Shown here: positions 58,761 through 64,000 of the stretch, piece after piece
Position numbering within the stretch: position 1 is the stretch's first letter
Layout: every line of letters begins with the position of its first letter
NCBI RefSeq assembly: GCF_006345805.1
Contig: NC_042999.1
Span: forward strand, 127,534,001 to 127,598,000
Direction: 5' to 3'
Source of the DNA: Octopus sinensis
Lineage: Eukaryota
Length of the DNA: 64,000 bases
Position numbers and translations under genes: made by a program
The notes under the pieces: generated by a model
Seen by the model: the letters and a program-made list of their open reading frames with translations, nothing else
Databases searched by the model: none
Told to the model about the DNA's origin: nothing

Positions 58761-59034
58761 CCCTCCCGTTGCTTTTCTTATTCGTTTCCTACACATTGTT
58801 TTACACCCATTCCAGTATTTTTTTAAATTTTCATTTCCGGGTCAAGATCTAAACATTAACCTTTTGTCCAGCGTGTAACGAAGACATAAACAAAATACTA
58901 TCTATTAAATACTTTCGTTATTCAAATTCTCTCAATTTTGCATAATTTTCTTTTAATATAAATATAAACAAATGAAACGACTGACGTAATAATGGAGCTA
59001 AAGAGTGATGGCGAAGGGAGATAAGCAAGTGCGC

Positions 59035-59310
59035 TACGTTTCCAAATGTGAATTATCCAAACCTCTGAGAATTCCTTTCAACACACGGCTATGATGCTCC
59101 CCCACTACTTCTGCTTGTGATCAGAGATGCACATATCGTCAGCCACTAAGGGACATGGTCAACTGGTTACGGTCAAACAACTGACAAACAAATCTGTGGT
59201 ATTAAGCAGAATATTTGCTGTAGCCCAAGACAAAACAATGTACATGATAACACTTCCAATCAGTTAAGATCAGCAGCCATGAGAGCCACTGCCTGGTATT
59301 GCATCAGGGC

Positions 59311-59312
<2 letters not shown>
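59035..59312 (-). mobile_element. Same non-coding element (copy 2), 5' part
   Basis: Shares ggctatgatgctcc...cagttaagatcag with copy 1; on the minus strand it begins directly after (TAA)n. Confidence 0.6.
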
Positions 59313-59345
<33 letters not shown>

Positions 59346-59346
<1 letters not shown>

Positions 59347-59621
59347 ACACACAACAGATTAGACTATTGGAAAAGAAAAATAAAGCCCTAATATCGAGCT
59401 ACAACTAACTTTAGATGCCAAGAACCTTCCTAAGTATCCTAGCTGTCCCTAATAGCACTGTTTTCTGGATCTGTACTAAACTGGGTTTTATGCATATTCC
59501 CTCTATCGATTTGTTCAGATCTTTAGGGATAGTTCCCAATGCACCTATAACTACTGGGATACATTTTACCCACACTTTCCCATAGTCTATGTAATTCAAT
59601 GGCTAGGTCCTGGTACTTTGC

Positions 59622-59622
<1 letters not shown>
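59346..59622 (-). mobile_element. Second R4/Dong-like 3' fragment, divergent subfamily
   Basis: AKYQDLAIELHRLW / VKCIPVVIGALGTIPKDL...IQKTVLLGTARILRKVLGI*, then a short 3'UTR; (TAA)n on both sides. Confidence 0.8.
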
Positions 59623-59655
<33 letters not shown>

Positions 59656-60168
59656 GAGTGAGAGAGAGCAGTGCATGCCATCAAAGTGACACTGGGGTAA
59701 AATATGCGAAGCCCAATATACCCATCATGACTACCCGTCTGATAAGGGTACACCAGGCACATGCATCACAACCATATGTGCGCGACATGGTCATCTCATA
59801 TCAAGATAAACAGCACATGACCTTGCAGGTGGGGCCCAGTTAGAAATTTCTTCAGGTTGAGTAGCCCATCCCGCTCAAAAGGTCCCTGAATAAGGATGTT
59901 GAAAGAACCACCCATGTTTCCAGGGGTGAATTATTCAAACCCCAAAGAATCCCTCTCAACACATGGCTATAATGCTCCTCCACTACTTCTGCTCGTGATC
60001 AGAGATGCACATATCGTCAGCCACTATGGGACATGCTCAACTGGTTAAGGTCAAACAACTGACAAGCAAATCTGTGGTATTGAGCAGAATATTTGCTGTA
60101 GCCCATCTTTTATACCAAGACAAAACAATGTACATGATAACACTTCCAATCAGTTAAGATCAGAAGCT
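59656..60168 (-). mobile_element. Non-coding interspersed element ending in a (TAA)n tail (copy 1)
   Basis: 59958-60167 is highly similar to 59080-59280. Both ends abut ATT repeats. No recognisable ORF. Confidence 0.6.
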
Positions 60169-60593
60169 ATTATTATTTGTAAGTGAATATGCTTAGCATA
60201 TCTCGCGTACCTTTGTCAAATTGAGACAGCACAGAAAAAAGGCGCGTTATACATTTCTCAAATAAACTTATTAGTGATATTGTTGTTCTTTCTGGCCTGT
60301 TTTCATACTTTCTTCTTGGTATCATGAGTATTCGGAGTTTCGGCTTTTCGATATTCTGATTTTAGATCATTTGAATTGAACCTTCTTACGTTCGGTGTTA
60401 TGACTCAAACCCGTAAAAGGCGCCGATATTTACCTTTTCATTTATTTGTTCGTTCTACTTCGTATGCTGGTAGCAGACGACATACCGGATTTGCTGTGGA
60501 TTTGGATTTTTAGTTATCAGTTTGGTTTCTCTCTAACTGCAAACAGAAGCGTTTGACTGGTGTCATGCTTTGTCATGACATGACTTACCGGTA

Positions 60594-60800
60594 ACGCGGC
60601 CATGCTGGAACACCGCTTTAAAAGGTTTTAGCGGAAGAAATCGCCTCCAAGACTTATTCGCTGTAAGCCAAGTACTTATTCTATCGGTCTTTTTTTTTTT
60701 TTTACCGAACCACTAAGTTACGGGGTAGTAAACACACCAGTATCAGTTGTCAAGCGATATGGGGAAGGGGGCAAACACAGACACAAAGACACGCTCACAT

Positions 60801-60840
<40 letters not shown>

Positions 60841-60916
60841 TGATAAAAATGGTAAAACAACAAAAGAATGAACCAACTCGGAGTTTTATCATGGCTACCG
60901 AATAATTGTCATTTAC

Positions 60917-60980
<64 letters not shown>

Positions 60981-61172
60981 TATATATATGTATGTATGTA
61001 TGTATATACGGCGGGCTTTTTTCAGTTTCCGTCTACCAAATCCACTCACAAGGCTTGGTCGGTTCAAGGCTATAGTAGAAGATACTTGCCGAAAGGGGCT
61101 CCGCAGTGGGACTAAACCCAAAACCATATGGTTAGGAAGCAAGTTTCTTACTACACAGCCACGCCTGCCCCT
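60594..61172 (-). mobile_element. SINE family A with (TA)n expansion
   Basis: Family consensus match. Confidence 0.82.
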
Positions 61173-62499
61173 AAGTATATATTGTCTTGCCTTAAAAACT
61201 TGCATTGAATAATTATGAAATTATCATGACTGTTACTGTTTTCTCTCCATCTTCATCTTCTGTAAGTTTGTGTAATTTTCAACTCCGTAAGAAAGGGTTG
61301 GCTTAGTTTTGTAATTCAATACCTGTTATTATGTATCTCGATCCAAGATGTAATTAATTTCTTTAATTAAATATAATTAGCACGAAAACGTTGATTATGT
61401 TTAATGACATACGTATGTATATGTTTAGTATTTTTTTTTATGTGATTACCAAGTGCATACGACATACGTGCCACACTTACCTAACTTCATAACGTATATT
61501 ACATGAAGATGCATATTTAACACAGTTCGAAGCACACTTGTAACGCAAACAACTCTCATGCGTATATGTAACGCACATTGAATACAACACAACACACATA
61601 GCTGAATATGATAAATCAAACAACCTATACAGTGCTTGTTTAGCTAAACCGGAAAATCTGACATAGATGAATATACGAGTATACTTCATGCGCACTCTGA
61701 ATCCACGAGCACTTACATAAACACATGTGACCCATACTGCAAGTACACACACACGCACACAACACAGCAACTGAGAAAAAAGTATGTCATGAAGTCCATA
61801 TTATTGGTTTAAACCATCTCTATTATTGTATTTCAAGTGTGTTTTAGTTATATTAGATAACAAAGCTACTGCTCAAATTAGCTTTGCTGAACCTTTTTTC
61901 TCCCTTCTTCTCTCTCGCCTTCTCTCTTTTCCTTCCTCCTTCTATCTATCTATCTATCTGCCTGTCTGTCTGTCTATCTGTCTGTCTATCTAGTCAGTAA
62001 TGATTTTTTCTCTCTCTTAATATCATTACTGAAGGTCAGAAGAGGCTGAGTGACTGGTTTTAGTGCTTTTCTAATAGCATAATAGCTTGTTACAACCTGC
62101 TGAAATTCTGTGTGAAATATTGGATCAAACCGTATCTAATCCAATCTCCTTACATAATAATAGGAAGAAAAAAAAGCAGTTCGTGCCTTCATTTCTTTTT
62201 GTTGTCGTTGTTTAGGAATGTCTTAAAATTCCGTTAAATATAAAAGTATTTATTTCAATATGAGTATGGTGGAAACGTTTTGTCAGTATCTTAATGAAGA
62301 TTTCTGATATCTAGGTTGAACGGCTGTTACTTTTACTTCTTCCTATTTCGAGCCATCGATGGTATCTCCACTTGGTCTGTCGATCACATAGAACAAGCAT
62401 GGGCGACCGTTTTCGAGAAGCGGTTTGCTAAAAAAATATCCAAGGTAATTTTTCGTTCAGTGTGCCATTCAGAAAAGCCTGTGTGTTGCAGTTTGTCCG

Positions 62500-63380
62500 T
62501 AACTGAGCCAGAATGAAACAAGACCCCATTTCGTCAGTTTTCTTAGGTGTTTGATCTTGATAGCCTTTCGAAATTGCCCGAGGAAGTTGATGTAGTACTC
62601 TCTATTGTTGGTGCGCTCCTTTTCAAGGTAGTCAATAAACACAATGTCTTTTGCGTCCCAAGAAAATGAGGCCGTCGCCGGTGAAACGACCTTGGCCTTC
62701 TTTGAAGCAGGTGAGGAGAGGTGATTCTACTGCATAGATTGTCTCGGTTATGAAGCCAGCACTCATCCTCGATTAGGAAGCGCTCAAGGAAACCAGCTGG
62801 ATCTGCCCAAAATAATGTCAGATTTTCACGTGATGTGATCAGCCTGGTGCGCTTTTGATCAGGTGTCAGAAGACGTAGCACCCACCAAGCAGAAACCTTT
62901 GCCATACCAAGTTCATTGTGCAGAATATTCTCAAGTCTCTCACAAGTATGCTAATATTGGTTATTTGATTTATAGTCAGTCGCCTATCATCCATCTACAC
63001 GTGGTGAGAGTTGAAGGATGTCCAGACCTTGGGTCATCTCCAAGACTCTCCTTTCCCTCCTTAATTTCAGCTACTCATTTTTGCACTGTTGATAAAGCTG
63101 GAGCGTCAACCCCTAATGTAGCAAGCATGTCAGCATGAATGTCATTGAGAGCTAAGCCCTTTTCTTGCAGATACTTGATAACAACACGATGCCAAATTTT
63201 GTTGATTTTCAAGAGAAGTCACTACAACATACTTTTGAAGTCTTCTTTGAAGAGTCAGATGTTAATTTACCTGGAAAGAAATAATACTATTATTAAGAAT
63301 TGAAATTAAAGCATGTAAAATTTTAGAACTCTGGCATCACTCCTTCATCGTCAGCCTACGAATTTTTCAGCCCACCCTCG
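62500..63380 (-). mobile_element. mariner relic, 3' end decayed
   Basis: TIR-like cgagggtgggctgaaaaatt at 63380. Minus-strand fragments KIWHRVVIKYLQEKGL, DDPRSGHP, AKVSAWWVLRLLTPDQK (WVPRLL-type motif) and IVFIDYLEK. Left boundary approximate. Confidence 0.85.
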
Positions 63381-64000
63381 CAGGGTTTAAACAACTTTTT
63401 TTTATTTTTTATCTCAAGTTGACAACTTTTCTTTCTGAAATGTTTTCTTTTGTTTAGTTTTCCTCACTCGCGATAGAAAAACAAACTTGTTAAATTTGTT
63501 CGAGAGAAGTAGAGGCTAACTAGTACAAATTCCCCACCTTTAGTCAAAACGTAGATCTTACACAGCTGGCAAAACAGTGAAGGACAGTCATATTGCTTTA
63601 AGGCAAAGATAATGCCGGCTGCCGAAGATTTTAAATATTCCTCCACCTGTGGCATGTTTTTATTTTATTTTAGTTTTCATTATGGTGTTCTAGCATGGTC
63701 AGGATCCACTGGCCGAAAAAAAACTAGTAAAGGAGCGAAATAATTTTAGTTTTCTAGTTTTTAAAAACCCTTTAAGTCAGATAAGAAGAAGGCAGTGTCT
63801 ATGCTCCGTATGAGATTTGTGGGAAGAAAGGAACCTCAAACTGAAGATCAGCTTCAGTACTTGCAACTAAATGAACTCCTCTAAGAGTAGTCGAGGTGTC
63901 GGGTGGTGATATTAAACCGATTGAAAAACGTATAAAGATGGACAAAATATATTTTTAAAAATTGGAATTTTTAAAATTAAAATTCTTTCATGATCGTGCT

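Overview
Very AT-rich, repeat-dense animal genomic DNA. The SINE, RTE and microsatellite content looks like an octopus or other cephalopod; this is inferred from memory of the repeat families, not from a search. One host coding exon is well supported: + strand, exon 23079-24248, ATG at 23209. It encodes about 346 aa of probably disordered protein with imperfect His-rich repeats and ends at a GTGAGT donor; I could not identify the next exon. The rest is mostly mobile DNA: a Tc1 element with DD36E spacing (36914-38118), a near-full-length Buster-type hAT with an 8-bp target-site duplication (52516-54879), three mariner relics, MITEs, a non-autonomous Helitron, CR1, RTE and R4/Dong-like LINE 3' fragments, and many SINEs. 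Other structures: a 599-bp satellite with an internal inversion (31671-33421), a 292-bp fold-back hairpin (44622-44913), a stack of (TAA)n-embedded retroelements (59035-60177), a 5-kb degenerate (TA)n tract, and a 100-N gap flanked by a probable assembly duplication. Most ORFs in the supplied track are microsatellite artefacts. I see no clear evidence of a wholly new biological system. The best leads are the TAA-embedded retroelement pair, the DD36E element, the inverted satellite and the repeat-containing protein.
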